From the IMG/VR virus record IMGVR_UViG_3300002179_000002, positions 11,861 to 75,860 of that record: 64,000 nt of DNA. One strand, given 5' to 3'. Each line of letters opens with the position of its first letter. Position 1 is the stretch's first letter. A program made the position numbers and the translations under genes. The stretch is from a virus (Duplodnaviria > Caudoviricetes). The notes beneath the pieces are model-generated. The model was not told where the DNA came from. It saw nothing but the letters and a program-made list of their open reading frames with translations, and did no database searches. Below, piece after piece: positions 1 through 10,232 of the stretch.

Positions 1-2
1 AT

Positions 3-1076
3 GATGAATCTGGAAAGATAAAAGCAGATGATCTTGAAGAGTTAATTACATATGCATTTACTAATAAAGAATTTGCAGAATTTTTACAGACAATACCTTC
101 AGATAGTGAAACTCCTACTGAGAAGAAAAGTATATTCTCTGAACTTAAAAATATTATAACAGGATTTATAAAGAAGTCATTTGGTAAGACTGCATTAGAT
201 GATATTGAAGAAGTAGTCAACAAATATTTCAATATTGATTGGAATGTTAACGAATATAAAGAAAGAAATGATAGATACTGGCATGAGAAGTTTAAAGTGT
301 CAGAACACATCAAAAAAGCCATTCAACTCGGTATCATTCCTACTGAGAAAGTAAATGAGATAGTAAAAGCATTAAATCACAAATATCTCAAAAAGGAGAT
401 GAAGAATGGGAAGTGGGTGTACACTTACTATGAGAATCAAAATGACCAAGCTGTTGAGCGGAAAGAAGATTTCTTAGATGATTTAAAACAGAATTATGTT
501 ATTGATTATGATAAAAAGGATAAAATCGTATTCAACAACTTCTATAGGAATTATCCTAATGAAATGTTAAGTCACCAATGTTCTGTAAAGGTGATTGGAG
601 CTTTGTCTAATAATCTACCTGAAAATATCGTTAGTCATTTGTCTAAAGCAAGACTACAGTTGGTTGATCAGAGTAAATACGAAAGAGAATCTAATGGATA
701 TTGGGTCGGAGCGTTTAATGAAGACTACAATGAAATAAGTATAAATAAGCAACTATACGATGAAATTGCAACAGATTGGTATGGTCAAGAGCAATATACA
801 AAAGTTATATTGCATGAATATGGACATAAGCTCTATAGAGATGATAAAATAACCGCTGAGAATTTGGTTGATCTATGGTATACGAAAGAAAGAGTATCTC
901 ATCAGGCAGAAATGGATGAAGAAGAGAATTGGTGTGAATCCTTTGCTGCATTCGTTATGGCATTGGGTGATGAAGGTGATACAGAAGATAATAGAGATTT
1001 GAAAGATCTTAAAGAAGAATTCCCTAAGACATATGAAATTATAAAGAACTTAATATCTGAAATGAATGAAAACTAA
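3..1076 (+). CDS. 5'-truncated multi-domain protein with zincin metallopeptidase domain(s); putative head-packaged cargo protein
   Basis: Frame 3 is open from base 3 into the listed 297..1076 ORF, so that ORF is only the C-terminus. HEYGH plus VSHQA...ENWCESF form a zincin; the upstream EELITYAFTNKEFAEFL resembles the tail of a second zincin; internal IVKA-LNHKY module. Confidence 0.7.
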   Translation, partial: DESGKIKADDLEELITYAFTNKEFAEFLQTIPSDSETPTEKKSIFSELKNIITGFIKKSFGKTALDDIEEVVNKYFNIDWNVNEYKERNDRYWHEKFKVSEHIKKAIQLGIIPTEKVNEIVKALNHKYLKKEMKNGKWVYTYYENQNDQAVERKEDFLDDLKQNYVIDYDKKDKIVFNNFYRNYPNEMLSHQCSVKVIGALSNNLPENIVSHLSKARLQLVDQSKYERESNGYWVGAFNEDYNEISINKQLYDEIATDWYGQEQYTKVILHEYGHKLYRDDKITAENLVDLWYTKERVSHQAEMDEEENWCESFAAFVMALGDEGDTEDNRDLKDLKEEFPKTYEIIKNLISEMNEN

Positions 1077-1503
1077 GATAGACACAAAACAAGTTCTTGA
1101 ACTGGATGGGTTCTTTAAAAGATTTAGTACAAAGAGTGACGATCCAAAGACAGAAGTTGTCGAAGAAAAAGACATAGAAAAAGCCTTCTCTCACATATCT
1201 GACCTCTATATAATGGATCAGATCAGTGATGAGATATACAATGCAGCAAAAGAGAGATATGAGATACAGAAAGCACAAAAAGAAAAGTTGATCGGTGGCA
1301 GAGCTGATGGTAAGACATTAGAAGATATAGCTGCACATCACAACATAGAGGTAAGTGCACTCCAGGAGCAGTACAAGATGGGTATGGAAGAAGAGAAAGA
1401 ACATACGAGTGATGAAGAAGAGAGAAGTGAGATAACAAAAGATCATCTGATGGAAGATAGTAAGTACTATACAAAACTAGAGAAGAACATCGTTAGTGAA
1501 TAA
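1066..1503 (+). CDS. DUF5661-like protein with IEKA/IQKA leader
   Basis: GGRADG...MGMEEEKEHT...KDHLMEDSKYYTKL motif; lies directly upstream of the prohead protease. Confidence 0.6.
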   Translation: MKTKIDTKQVLELDGFFKRFSTKSDDPKTEVVEEKDIEKAFSHISDLYIMDQISDEIYNAAKERYEIQKAQKEKLIGGRADGKTLEDIAAHHNIEVSALQEQYKMGMEEEKEHTSDEEERSEITKDHLMEDSKYYTKLEKNIVSE

Positions 1504-1515
1504 TAGATAAATAAA

Positions 1516-2340
1516 ATGGAAGATAATAAATTTAATTTCTTTGTCCCTATTAATGATGAATTATTAGAGAAAGCATCTAAATTACCAAAATCAGATAGAT
1601 ATAAAAATATGTTTCTTGAAGGGATGGCTTCTGATAATTCACAAGATATAGAAGGTGAAGTATTAGAACCTAACGGATATGAGATTGACCACTTTTTGAA
1701 AAATGGACTGATAAATTACGAACATTTGTCTAAAAGGAGCCCAAAATACTGGATTGGCTCTCCTGTTAAAGCTGAGATTAAAAATAATGAATTCCATATA
1801 AAAGCACAACTATGGGAGAACAGTGAAATAGCAAGAGACACTTGGGATAAGATTATTGAGATGAAAGAGTCTGGATCTGATAGAAAAGTCGGTTGGAGCA
1901 TCGAAGGAAAAGCACTGAATCGTTCTACTACTAATCCAAAACATATCACCAGGGCACTTATAACTAACTGTGCCATAACATTTTCCCCGGTTAACGGAAA
2001 TTCTTATGCGGATATAGCTAAAGGTCTTCAGAAGGAAGATTATATAGATCCTACCTACGATCAGGATTCAGATGAGAAAGAATATATTATGGAGTTTGAG
2101 AACAAAGGTAAGAAGTATAGGGTAGGTAAAGACTATAAAGTATTTGAGGTATTAACTAAATCTATGGATGTAGCTGCAGTAAAACCACTCACACCTGAAA
2201 GTTTAGATAAGAAACCAAAAAATATTAGCCTACCTGACATTAAAAAGGCATTAGATAATATATTGAAACATAAGAGTTTATTTGATGGAGACAGTGATTT
2301 TAAAAATAAAGTCATTAAATTAGTTAAAAATTCTTTGTAA
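1516..2340 (+). CDS. Prohead (capsid maturation) protease
   Basis: EGMASD..QDIEGE, INYEH and GWSIEG motifs of the Herelleviridae/HK97-type protease; position before scaffold and capsid genes. Confidence 0.9.
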   Translation: MEDNKFNFFVPINDELLEKASKLPKSDRYKNMFLEGMASDNSQDIEGEVLEPNGYEIDHFLKNGLINYEHLSKRSPKYWIGSPVKAEIKNNEFHIKAQLWENSEIARDTWDKIIEMKESGSDRKVGWSIEGKALNRSTTNPKHITRALITNCAITFSPVNGNSYADIAKGLQKEDYIDPTYDQDSDEKEYIMEFENKGKKYRVGKDYKVFEVLTKSMDVAAVKPLTPESLDKKPKNISLPDIKKALDNILKHKSLFDGDSDFKNKVIKLVKNSL

Positions 2341-2344
2341 ATAT

Positions 2345-2380
2345 TTTATTTATTCAAAATTATATTTTAATTTTATAAAC
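2345..2380 (+). promoter_or_regulatory. Putative promoter (TAATTTTA element at 2368-2375)
   Basis: Motif recurs in intergenic gaps and resembles the Bacteroidota TAnnTTTG element. Confidence 0.45.
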
Positions 2381-2423
2381 TTAATAGTTAGTTTAGTATT
2401 CTGAACATAGAAACGACACAAGA

Positions 2424-3281
2424 ATGGAAAATCAAATTAATATAATGTCTGTAGAGGAAGTTGATGAACTTAGAAAGTCATTGACTGATCTTGGCATGGA
2501 AGAAACAGAAGTCAACTCCTATATCGAAAAGGCTATGAAGGTCGAAAAGAAAGAAGAGAAAGAGTCTAGTTCAGAACAAACCATGGGAGAGAAAGCTGAA
2601 AAGACTGGCGAAGCAAATGAAACTTCTGCTGATGAAGCAAAAGAGACTCCTGCAGAACAAGCTGAAGAGAAAAAAGAAGGTGAAGAAAAACCTATAGTCA
2701 AGAGTGAAGATAAAGAAGAAGACTTAGAAAAATGTCTTACTGAGATGAAGTCCAAGAAAGCTGAGATTGAGAAATCAATTGATGAGATGGAACTGAAGAT
2801 GGGTAAGAAGAAACCAGAAGAGAAAAAGGAAGAAGAAATTCATAAATCAGTAGACATTGACATTGAGAAAGCCTTTGGTGAACGTTTCATGGACATTGAA
2901 AAGTCACTCACTGAGAAGTTCGAAGATAAGTTTGATGAACAGAACGAGATCATAAAGAGCCTACAGTCTGAGATCAAGAAGATAGGTGACACTCCTATGG
3001 GAACAAAATCAGTTATTACTAAGGCTACTTTCTTTGAAAAGAGTTTGAGTAATGAAGAAGACGTAGAGAATGCTGAGAACAAAACACTCTCTATTTCTGG
3101 TAACAAAGATGAAATTTTAAAGGGTATGGAAGACATGCTCAATAAAGAGAAAGATGCCGACGTTAGACAAGTAATCGAAAACGGTATTTTAGACTATACA
3201 GTTAATACACGTCCTACTGGACACGGCTACAAGGCACTTGCTCTTTTAGCACATAGAAAAAATATTACTCTGGAGCAGTAA
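2424..3281 (+). CDS. Capsid scaffolding protein
   Basis: Acidic coiled coil between protease and capsid genes, with many x-x-K-[S/A] sites (IEKA, IVKS, IEKS, IHKS, IIKS, FEKS). Confidence 0.8.
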   Translation: MENQINIMSVEEVDELRKSLTDLGMEETEVNSYIEKAMKVEKKEEKESSSEQTMGEKAEKTGEANETSADEAKETPAEQAEEKKEGEEKPIVKSEDKEEDLEKCLTEMKSKKAEIEKSIDEMELKMGKKKPEEKKEEEIHKSVDIDIEKAFGERFMDIEKSLTEKFEDKFDEQNEIIKSLQSEIKKIGDTPMGTKSVITKATFFEKSLSNEEDVENAENKTLSISGNKDEILKGMEDMLNKEKDADVRQVIENGILDYTVNTRPTGHGYKALALLAHRKNITLEQ

Positions 3282-3317
3282 TTTTTAGTATTTCGTTAGA
3301 TAATTAAATATAATAAT

Positions 3318-4808
3318 ATGTTTGACATTCATGATTCATTAGGCAAGAATGCTGAGAATTACTCCGATGAGGATATTATCAAAGCAATCGTTGCTGGTAG
3401 TCAGACAGGTCGCGATCTAACAGATACGCTATCGTCTGGACCTTCCCTGAAACCTGAGTCACTTGACCCAGTTGTAAAGGTGTTGGAAAATAAAGAAAAC
3501 CATATTGTACTTTGGAAATTACTTCCTAAAAAGAGTGTTTACAATACAGTACATGAGTATAACCAATTAACCAGTTATGGTGCTGATGTAGGAATCTTCA
3601 TGAATGAAGGTGAATCTCCAGAACAAACTGACTCTGTTTACAGACGTAAGGCTGCTCTTGTAAAGTATGCTGGTATCCAAGGTGAACTGACACAACAGTC
3701 AATGCTTGTTCGCCAGGCTGACGGTAAAGATCCGTACACTCGTGAGGTTGAAAATAAGACCTTGAAACTCTTAACCCAGTTGGATCAGAAACTTTCAGGT
3801 TCTGACAATGCTATGGTTCCTCAGGAATTTGATGGTATTTTCAAACAACATTATGCAGGTGTCCTTGACATCACTGCTGGAACAGGTTTGGATACTTATG
3901 CTAACGACCCTACTTTCATTGATGCTCGTGGTAAAGCATTGAAAGATTCTCATGTAGAAGATGCAGTACAGGCAGTTGTTAATGATCGTTTTGGTGAAGC
4001 AACCAAAATCATCTCCAACCCTGTTGTTTTCAATGACTATGTAAAACGTTTCCATGAAAGCAAACGTGTAATGGTTGGTGCACCTAGTTCAGCTACTGAA
4101 GGAGCTACTATGGGTCAGAAGGTTAATGATATCATGACTCAGTTTGGGAAAATTGATGTTGTCAATGATATCTTCTTCGATCGCAGAACTCCTAAGGCAT
4201 ACAATGCTGCAGCTGTTTCAGCTAAGGCTCCTGCCGTTCCTACTGCTGTGAATAACACCAGTTTGACTATCGCTTCTGCTGATACTTCAACCAAATTTAC
4301 TGATGCTGCAGGTGGATACTTCTATGGAGTAACTGCTCGTAATCAGTATGGTGAATCAGCAATGTGTGCAATGAACACTACTATCAAGGCTATCGCAGCT
4401 ACTGAATCTGTTGACTTAGTATTTGTTGCAGGTGTTGGTACTTATGCTGCTACTTCCTTTACTGTTTATCGTACTGAGAAGAACGTCGCTGTATATACAA
4501 CTGCTAAGTATTATCCATTGTTTGAAGTATCAGTAACACAATTAGCTGCTGCTTCAGGTTATGATGGTGCTGCTCAGTATGGTGTACGTGATCGTAACCG
4601 AGTAATTGGTAACACACATTCAGCACTTGTTTTAGATCCTAATTCAGATATGTGGGAATATATCCAGTTAGCTGCCACGATGAAAATCGACTTTGCTATC
4701 ACTACTTTGGCTCGTAGGTTTGCCGTAGTTAATTATGGTACTCCAGTTTTATATATGCCAGGTAAGATCGCCATCATCCATAATATTGGACGAGATATCA
4801 CTGCTTAA
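3318..4808 (+). CDS. Major capsid protein (SPO1/Twort-like)
   Basis: GPSLKPESLD, NTVHEYNQL..YG and EFDGI motifs; predicted propeptide ending at IIK/A (K22-A23). Confidence 0.93.
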   Translation: MFDIHDSLGKNAENYSDEDIIKAIVAGSQTGRDLTDTLSSGPSLKPESLDPVVKVLENKENHIVLWKLLPKKSVYNTVHEYNQLTSYGADVGIFMNEGESPEQTDSVYRRKAALVKYAGIQGELTQQSMLVRQADGKDPYTREVENKTLKLLTQLDQKLSGSDNAMVPQEFDGIFKQHYAGVLDITAGTGLDTYANDPTFIDARGKALKDSHVEDAVQAVVNDRFGEATKIISNPVVFNDYVKRFHESKRVMVGAPSSATEGATMGQKVNDIMTQFGKIDVVNDIFFDRRTPKAYNAAAVSAKAPAVPTAVNNTSLTIASADTSTKFTDAAGGYFYGVTARNQYGESAMCAMNTTIKAIAATESVDLVFVAGVGTYAATSFTVYRTEKNVAVYTTAKYYPLFEVSVTQLAAASGYDGAAQYGVRDRNRVIGNTHSALVLDPNSDMWEYIQLAATMKIDFAITTLARRFAVVNYGTPVLYMPGKIAIIHNIGRDITA

Positions 4809-4833
4809 ACAATAGACGTATCAACGAAGAAAT

Positions 4834-4870
4834 GACGGGAGGGGTAGATCTCCTTCCGTTTTTCTTTTTA
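4834..4870 (+). terminator. Rho-independent terminator after the capsid gene
   Basis: Stem gacgggagggg/ccttccgtt followed by a T-run. Confidence 0.75.
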
Positions 4871-4880
4871 TTCACATTTT

Positions 4881-4888
4881 TAATTTTG
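4881..4888 (+). promoter_or_regulatory. Bacteroidota-type -7 promoter element (TAATTTTG), 4 nt before an ATG
   Basis: Exact TAnnTTTG match immediately after the terminator. Confidence 0.55.
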
Positions 4889-4892
4889 TTAT

Positions 4893-5435
4893 ATGATTAA
4901 GATTAGCACAGCAGTTTCAAGTAATTTCGGGCATGAAGTTATTTTCGGAAGTTTAACATTGAAGTTTGATAAGTTAGGTAATGCAGAAGTCGCAGACCAG
5001 AAGATTGCAGACCAATTAACTACAAATTATGCAGGTTGGTTATTTCAGGGTGAAGTAACAATGAAAAAGGGTAATAAAGCAGTTGATGTAAATAATACCC
5101 AAATACAGGCTGATTTAGAAAGAGCACTTGAGAAAGTTGAATCTAGAGAATCAGTTATCAGTTCATTGGAGAATGAAGTGAAAGAGTGGAAAGAACAAGT
5201 AAACTTATATAAAGACAAATCTGAGAAGGCAGAAGCTGAGTTAGAGGGTTACAAAATCCAGAGTGATAAAATCATTAAAGAACTCGAATTGAAAGTTGGT
5301 TTAACCAGCAAAACTCAGAAGGAACTGGTTGAGTTCTGCATAAGACTGGAAATTCCAGAAGAAAGATACAAAAATCTTACTAACAAAGCCGAAATCATCA
5401 ACGTTATACTCGACGAATCAAGAATTAAAGAATAA
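4893..5435 (+). CDS. Hypothetical coiled-coil protein with C-terminal HeH/Rho-N-like motif
   Basis: Full ORF after the capsid gene; TQKELVEFC...KAEIINVIL at the C-terminus. Confidence 0.65.
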   Translation: MIKISTAVSSNFGHEVIFGSLTLKFDKLGNAEVADQKIADQLTTNYAGWLFQGEVTMKKGNKAVDVNNTQIQADLERALEKVESRESVISSLENEVKEWKEQVNLYKDKSEKAEAELEGYKIQSDKIIKELELKVGLTSKTQKELVEFCIRLEIPEERYKNLTNKAEIINVILDESRIKE

Positions 5436-5441
5436 GAAAAC

Positions 5442-6242
5442 ATGCCAACCATAACATATCAGGTTAGGTATCGAAAGAATGAAGGGCTTGTTATTTCACC
5501 AGAGGAACTAACAAGCCTTTATTTTTACGGTATAAGTACCAAGTCAAGAGATGGCTCAGAGATATCTAACGACTCTATGCGTATGTATATCTTGGCAGCA
5601 CAGCAAGAGATTGAGAAGTACCTTGAGATCAGGTTCAACAAGAAGTACATAGAACAGACAGTCACCTATTTCAAGGATGACTATTGGGGTGGATTCCCTA
5701 TCTTACCCACTAAATTGCCTGTTGCTAAGCCACTTTCTTTCATCGGTTACCTAAATGGTATAGAACAGATAAAGTACCCCTTAGATTGGCTTAATACAAA
5801 GAAAGACAACGAGGGTAACTACTATAAGAAGATACACCTCATACCTACAGGTTCTACAACAAGCAGGGCAAATGCTGACATAATATTAACAGGTATCACT
5901 GCCTATTTAGGTCTTACTAGTTATGGTCAGGTGCCAAACTACTTCAGCATACAATATGTGACAGGTTACAACTATGATGATGTGCCACTGGACTTAGTAA
6001 ACGTAGTAGGGAAGTTAGCTTCTATACCAATATTTGCCATGTTGGGTGATATCATTTTAGGTAGTCCAGGGGTAAATTCAATGTCGTTAGGTATAGATGG
6101 TTTATCACAATCCATCAATACAAATATGTCATCTGGGTCAGGTGGTTACTCAGGACGTATAAAACAGTATACAGAAGAGATCAATGAATGTCTTAAGAAA
6201 CTGAGACTATTCTATAAGTCAATAAATATATCCTCACTATAA
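5442..6242 (+). CDS. Head-tail adaptor / neck protein
   Basis: Position; AQQEIEKYL, YVTG and SLGIDGLSQS motifs typical of the Herelleviridae-like adaptor. Confidence 0.75.
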   Translation: MPTITYQVRYRKNEGLVISPEELTSLYFYGISTKSRDGSEISNDSMRMYILAAQQEIEKYLEIRFNKKYIEQTVTYFKDDYWGGFPILPTKLPVAKPLSFIGYLNGIEQIKYPLDWLNTKKDNEGNYYKKIHLIPTGSTTSRANADIILTGITAYLGLTSYGQVPNYFSIQYVTGYNYDDVPLDLVNVVGKLASIPIFAMLGDIILGSPGVNSMSLGIDGLSQSINTNMSSGSGGYSGRIKQYTEEINECLKKLRLFYKSINISSL

Positions 6243-7033
6243 TGAGCGGAAGTATCAGGACACAAGTGCCACCTAACATGGTTGGAGAACCTCAGATCAA
6301 TATATTTGACAGAGGAGACTTCAACCAATTGCTGTGGAATAGGGGATACGAAATCTCATTAGAAGAAGCTGTTGCATGTCCTTGTAAGGGTCAGAGTTCA
6401 GATAGCAGAACAACTTGTGGTAACTGCATGGGAACAGGCTGGGTATTTGTCAACCCTATTAATACTAAAGCAATATTGACCTCTATCAATAAGAATACGA
6501 AGTATAAGGACTGGTCTCCAGAGATGATAGGTACTATGGGAACGACATTTATGAATGTCAATAGGGTGTCATTTATGGATAAGATAACTTTACTCAAGAA
6601 TTTTGGGATGATGAGTGAAGTATTGAAAGTGAGAGATAGTGATAGTGACATATATCCCAAGTTCACTTTCTCCACCTATAAAATGATTGAAATAAGATCA
6701 GTATTTATATTCAATGGTGATACTAATGTTTTGATCAAGTTAGCTGCATCCGATTATAGGATTAACATGACTAATGGTTATGTTTTAGACATTAAAGCAG
6801 ATAATTTACCAAACGATTTTAATGGTAAGGTATCAGTCTCCTATAAACATCTTACGACGTACCATGTCATAGACATCCCTAATGACCTGAGAATCACGCA
6901 AGAATATTCTAATGCTGGTAAAAAAACAACAGAAGAAATGCCTGTACATGCTATAGCTCGTAAAGCTCAATATGAACTCGGAAGTGCTACAAATTATGAA
7001 GGAACTAACATTCTTAATAACTCCTATTTATAA
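6242..7033 (+). CDS. Head closure / neck protein
   Basis: ACPC...CGNCMGTGW Cys motif characteristic of the SPO1/Twort-like neck gene; synteny. Confidence 0.7.
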   Translation: MSGSIRTQVPPNMVGEPQINIFDRGDFNQLLWNRGYEISLEEAVACPCKGQSSDSRTTCGNCMGTGWVFVNPINTKAILTSINKNTKYKDWSPEMIGTMGTTFMNVNRVSFMDKITLLKNFGMMSEVLKVRDSDSDIYPKFTFSTYKMIEIRSVFIFNGDTNVLIKLAASDYRINMTNGYVLDIKADNLPNDFNGKVSVSYKHLTTYHVIDIPNDLRITQEYSNAGKKTTEEMPVHAIARKAQYELGSATNYEGTNILNNSYL

Positions 7034-7093
7034 TTTATATTCTTTATAAATAATAAATAAAAATATTTCGTATCAGTTTTAATATTAATTTTA
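7033..7093 (+). promoter_or_regulatory. Promoter with upstream 19-bp palindrome (7033-7051), TTCGTA box and TAATTTTA (7086-7093)
   Basis: The same architecture recurs at about 29.1, 41.8 and 52.6 kb. Confidence 0.6.
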
Positions 7094-7109
7094 ACAAAAA
7101 TTTAAAGCC

Positions 7110-8108
7110 ATGGACTTCCAACAGAAGATACGAGAAGAACAAATAAGAGATAAAATTAATATCATCAAGGCTACACTGCCAGAAATTGAAAAAGGTGGAG
7201 AAGGCAGTAGAGGGGGTAAAATTATTGGTAGAACTAAGAGTGGTCAACCTATTTATGCCAAGTCTCATAATATGCCATATGAAACTTATAGTAAGGAAGA
7301 CCATAAAGATGCTGCTGAAGCACATAGTTTTGAACATAGATCTGCAGAAGACAAATTGGAGAATACTCACGACCCTGTAAAAAGAAAGCAATTACAAGAG
7401 AGTATTAAAATGCATAGAGAAAATGCAGAGGGTCATATCCGAAGAGGTGATTCTATTCAAAAATCAGCGTTTGATGAGTTCGAACCAGACATGGAGAACA
7501 TAGAGAAGTCACTACATGTATTCGGTAAATATCTCGGTGAAGAAGAACTGGATAAGTTTGAGAAGTCAATCAACCATAAATATTTTAAGAGAGAGCCAGT
7601 AGCAGGTGGTGGATACAAGTACTACTACACTGAAGCTGATTATAAGAAGGAGAAGGGCGTTGGCGAGAATAAATCAGATGAGAGTGATAAATTAGTTAAT
7701 CTTGCAATAGCTTCTTTATTAAAAGAATACGGAAATCCATTGTCAACAAAACATCGATCAGATGGTTCAGTTTTGAACTATAAGAAAAATAAATTTTTTG
7801 TTGACTTAGAGGGTAATATTAAAGCAGAAAAGAAAAGGACGGGCGATAAGAAAGAAGAGAATGAACTTGAAAGCATTTTTCATAGATTAAATAAAGTTGA
7901 AGAGTCCAAGAATACAGAGAATAAGAGTGAAGAGAAATTTGATCATACATTTTTTGATGATTATTCTCTAACTGGTAAAGAAAGAGAAATCATTATGAGA
8001 GCTAAAGGAAAAGATAAAGATTTAAATGAATTACAAGATCTTCATGATAATTCTTCAAATATTGATCAAAAAGGAAGAGATTATATTAGAAAATTTATGC
8101 ATAAATAA
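7110..8108 (+). CDS. Putative head-packaged modular protein (IEKG-GEGSRGG and FEKS-INHKY modules)
   Basis: Several x-x-K-[A/S/G] sites; HKY module shared with ORF 3..1076. Confidence 0.65.
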   Translation: MDFQQKIREEQIRDKINIIKATLPEIEKGGEGSRGGKIIGRTKSGQPIYAKSHNMPYETYSKEDHKDAAEAHSFEHRSAEDKLENTHDPVKRKQLQESIKMHRENAEGHIRRGDSIQKSAFDEFEPDMENIEKSLHVFGKYLGEEELDKFEKSINHKYFKREPVAGGGYKYYYTEADYKKEKGVGENKSDESDKLVNLAIASLLKEYGNPLSTKHRSDGSVLNYKKNKFFVDLEGNIKAEKKRTGDKKEENELESIFHRLNKVEESKNTENKSEEKFDHTFFDDYSLTGKEREIIMRAKGKDKDLNELQDLHDNSSNIDQKGRDYIRKFMHK

Positions 8109-8124
8109 TTTATAAATATATCCA

Positions 8125-8886
8125 GTGCTCAACTTTTCAATAGATTTATCCGATACGGTAAAGGAGTTCTCACTACAACCAAGTGAGACTTCTGATCTGT
8201 GTTCTTACATCCTTGATCGTGTTTGCGACGAATATTTTGCTAAGTGGACTGAATTAGTTAATACCCTTAATACTTCAAGAGATGAATACAAAAGGGGGAT
8301 GTATTCAGAACGCCCTGACGATCATACTGCTATAATAGGATTAACTGGAAGAGATAGTAAACTTGCTATGATGGTTGAATCTGGGGCATCAAGTTTCGAC
8401 GAAAAGGATGGATTTTCTAATAGCAGTAAGAGAGTAATAAAGAGTGATGGTAAAGGTTGGTATCTAACTATACCATTCAGACACGGAACATCAGATGCTA
8501 TAATGTCAGAGATGGTACCAGATTATAAGATATCGGTATTAGACTTAATGAAAGCAGGAGAGACACTTGGGCAAGCCGATTTACCAGTAGGATTTAATGA
8601 AGTCAATACAAATAGAATAGAACTGAATGGTGGATCACTTATTACCTATAAACATAAATCTCCTATTTATGAAGGAATGCATCGTAGGGATATAAGTTCT
8701 ACTGAAAAAGAAAAGAGGGGTGGATATTTCACATTCAGAAGGGTATCAGACAAATCTGATGATCAATCATGGTTCCACCCAGGAATAGAAGCACATAATT
8801 TTATGGATAAAGCATTAGCAGAAGCACAACTTGATCTAACTGTAGATAATGCCGTTCAGGATTGGTTAGACGTTAAATTAGGATAA
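8125..8886 (+). CDS. Neck / tail completion protein
   Basis: GWYLTIPFRH, YFTFRRVSDKSD..SW.HPG motifs; synteny before the sheath gene. Confidence 0.7.
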   Translation: MLNFSIDLSDTVKEFSLQPSETSDLCSYILDRVCDEYFAKWTELVNTLNTSRDEYKRGMYSERPDDHTAIIGLTGRDSKLAMMVESGASSFDEKDGFSNSSKRVIKSDGKGWYLTIPFRHGTSDAIMSEMVPDYKISVLDLMKAGETLGQADLPVGFNEVNTNRIELNGGSLITYKHKSPIYEGMHRRDISSTEKEKRGGYFTFRRVSDKSDDQSWFHPGIEAHNFMDKALAEAQLDLTVDNAVQDWLDVKLG

Positions 8887-8887
8887 G

Positions 8888-9829
8888 ATGGAAGTATCTA
8901 TAGTTAAGTTAAAGAAAGTTGTAGGAGACCTATTAGAATGGGTAAGAGCAGATCTTATAGCACATACATCAACTCCTACTTTGAGTTGGTTGTATTTGGA
9001 ATTTCATGGAGTAGAAATAGATGGTAGAAACTTCTATACCGATTTAAAGTCATTGATTGAAAAAGATGATACAGATAGAAGGAAGTTGGAAGTAAGGTTA
9101 ATGTTTGATAAAGAAAGAGCTAACTTACCTACATTTCATATTCACTATCCTTCAGAAGATGGACAGTCAGGTGACAATACAGTAGGAACAGGCTACCAAA
9201 CTGGAGAAGATGAAAATGGTAATACAGTAAATCAATTCTCAAGATCATTCATAGGTCAATATGAGCTTATAATCACTGCAGGTAACTCGCTTGAAGTAGT
9301 TATGTTATATGAGTTCATAGATGCACTGTTAATAGCAGGAGCAGACACATTGACATATTACTTTGATATATTCAAGTTCTCAGGTAAGCAGTTAATGGCT
9401 AACCAAGAACTCATACCACTACCTATATTCTTCAGAGCAATAGGGATATCACTACAGTGTAAGAAAATAGTTAGATCACTTATACAACCAACAGTAGCTA
9501 CTGATATAGACTTCATTCCAGAGTTTTATGGAGATGATCAAGAACCTGCATTGTTAGAAGTATCAGTTTCAATAGCAGTTAATAATTTAACACCTCATAT
9601 TGGCAATACAGTTGTATTCACAGCAACGCCTATTAATAGTGGAGAAAGTCCAGTTTACAATTGGTATAAGGGCATAAATGTTATATCTGGGCAAACAGGT
9701 GGTACTCTATCATATCATTTTTCAACAGTAGAGACTATTGAAGTACATTGTCAAGTGACGAGTTCATTAGAATATTTAGCAGATAGAGAGGATGTTTCGA
9801 ATACAATAACTTTAACATCATTGACGTAA
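8888..9829 (+). CDS. Tail terminator-like virion protein with C-terminal Ig-like domain
   Basis: Synteny; C-terminal TVVFTATP...YNWYKG...VHCQVTS Ig/PKD-like pattern. Confidence 0.6.
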   Translation: MEVSIVKLKKVVGDLLEWVRADLIAHTSTPTLSWLYLEFHGVEIDGRNFYTDLKSLIEKDDTDRRKLEVRLMFDKERANLPTFHIHYPSEDGQSGDNTVGTGYQTGEDENGNTVNQFSRSFIGQYELIITAGNSLEVVMLYEFIDALLIAGADTLTYYFDIFKFSGKQLMANQELIPLPIFFRAIGISLQCKKIVRSLIQPTVATDIDFIPEFYGDDQEPALLEVSVSIAVNNLTPHIGNTVVFTATPINSGESPVYNWYKGINVISGQTGGTLSYHFSTVETIEVHCQVTSSLEYLADREDVSNTITLTSLT

Positions 9830-10035
9830 TGAAACTATTAGAACTAAAGAATTGTTATAAGCACAGATTGCTCGCTACTGAAAAAAGTATTGAAGTCTAT
9901 CATAAACGATTTGAAAGTGAAGAGTTTATTAATATTGAATTGTTACATAAGAAATTGTTATTAGAACATCAGGCAACACATCTGCGCAAATTTATTCAAG
10001 ATCTAAATTTAATAAATGATGAAGAAGAAGATTAA
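9829..10035 (+). CDS. Hypothetical protein
   Basis: Translationally coupled ORF (TAATG overlap). Confidence 0.5.
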   Translation: MKLLELKNCYKHRLLATEKSIEVYHKRFESEEFINIELLHKKLLLEHQATHLRKFIQDLNLINDEEED

Positions 10036-10195
10036 AATAGAAGAAGATTCTACAGAAACATTAAATGTATTTCAAGCCTGCAATCATTTTCAGTTAAATG
10101 GAAGGAATAGAAGGGTGGCAGAAAAGAAGTATCAAAATTCAGTAATGATTGAGTCAGATTGGGAACAGATATTGACTGCAGATAAATTATTATAA
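10016..10195 (+). CDS. Small hypothetical protein (59 aa; not in the ORF track)
   Basis: MMKKKIKIEEDSTETLNVFQACNHFQLNGRNRRVAEKKYQ... fills the gap before the sheath gene. Confidence 0.55.
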   Translation: MMKKKIKIEEDSTETLNVFQACNHFQLNGRNRRVAEKKYQNSVMIESDWEQILTADKLL

Positions 10196-10199
10196 GAAT

Positions 10200-10232
10200 T
10201 TTTGTTTTACAAAATTTTTATTTAATTTTATA
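10200..10232 (+). promoter_or_regulatory. Putative promoter (TTTG-N18-TAATTTTA)
   Basis: Recurrent motif upstream of the sheath gene. Confidence 0.45.
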
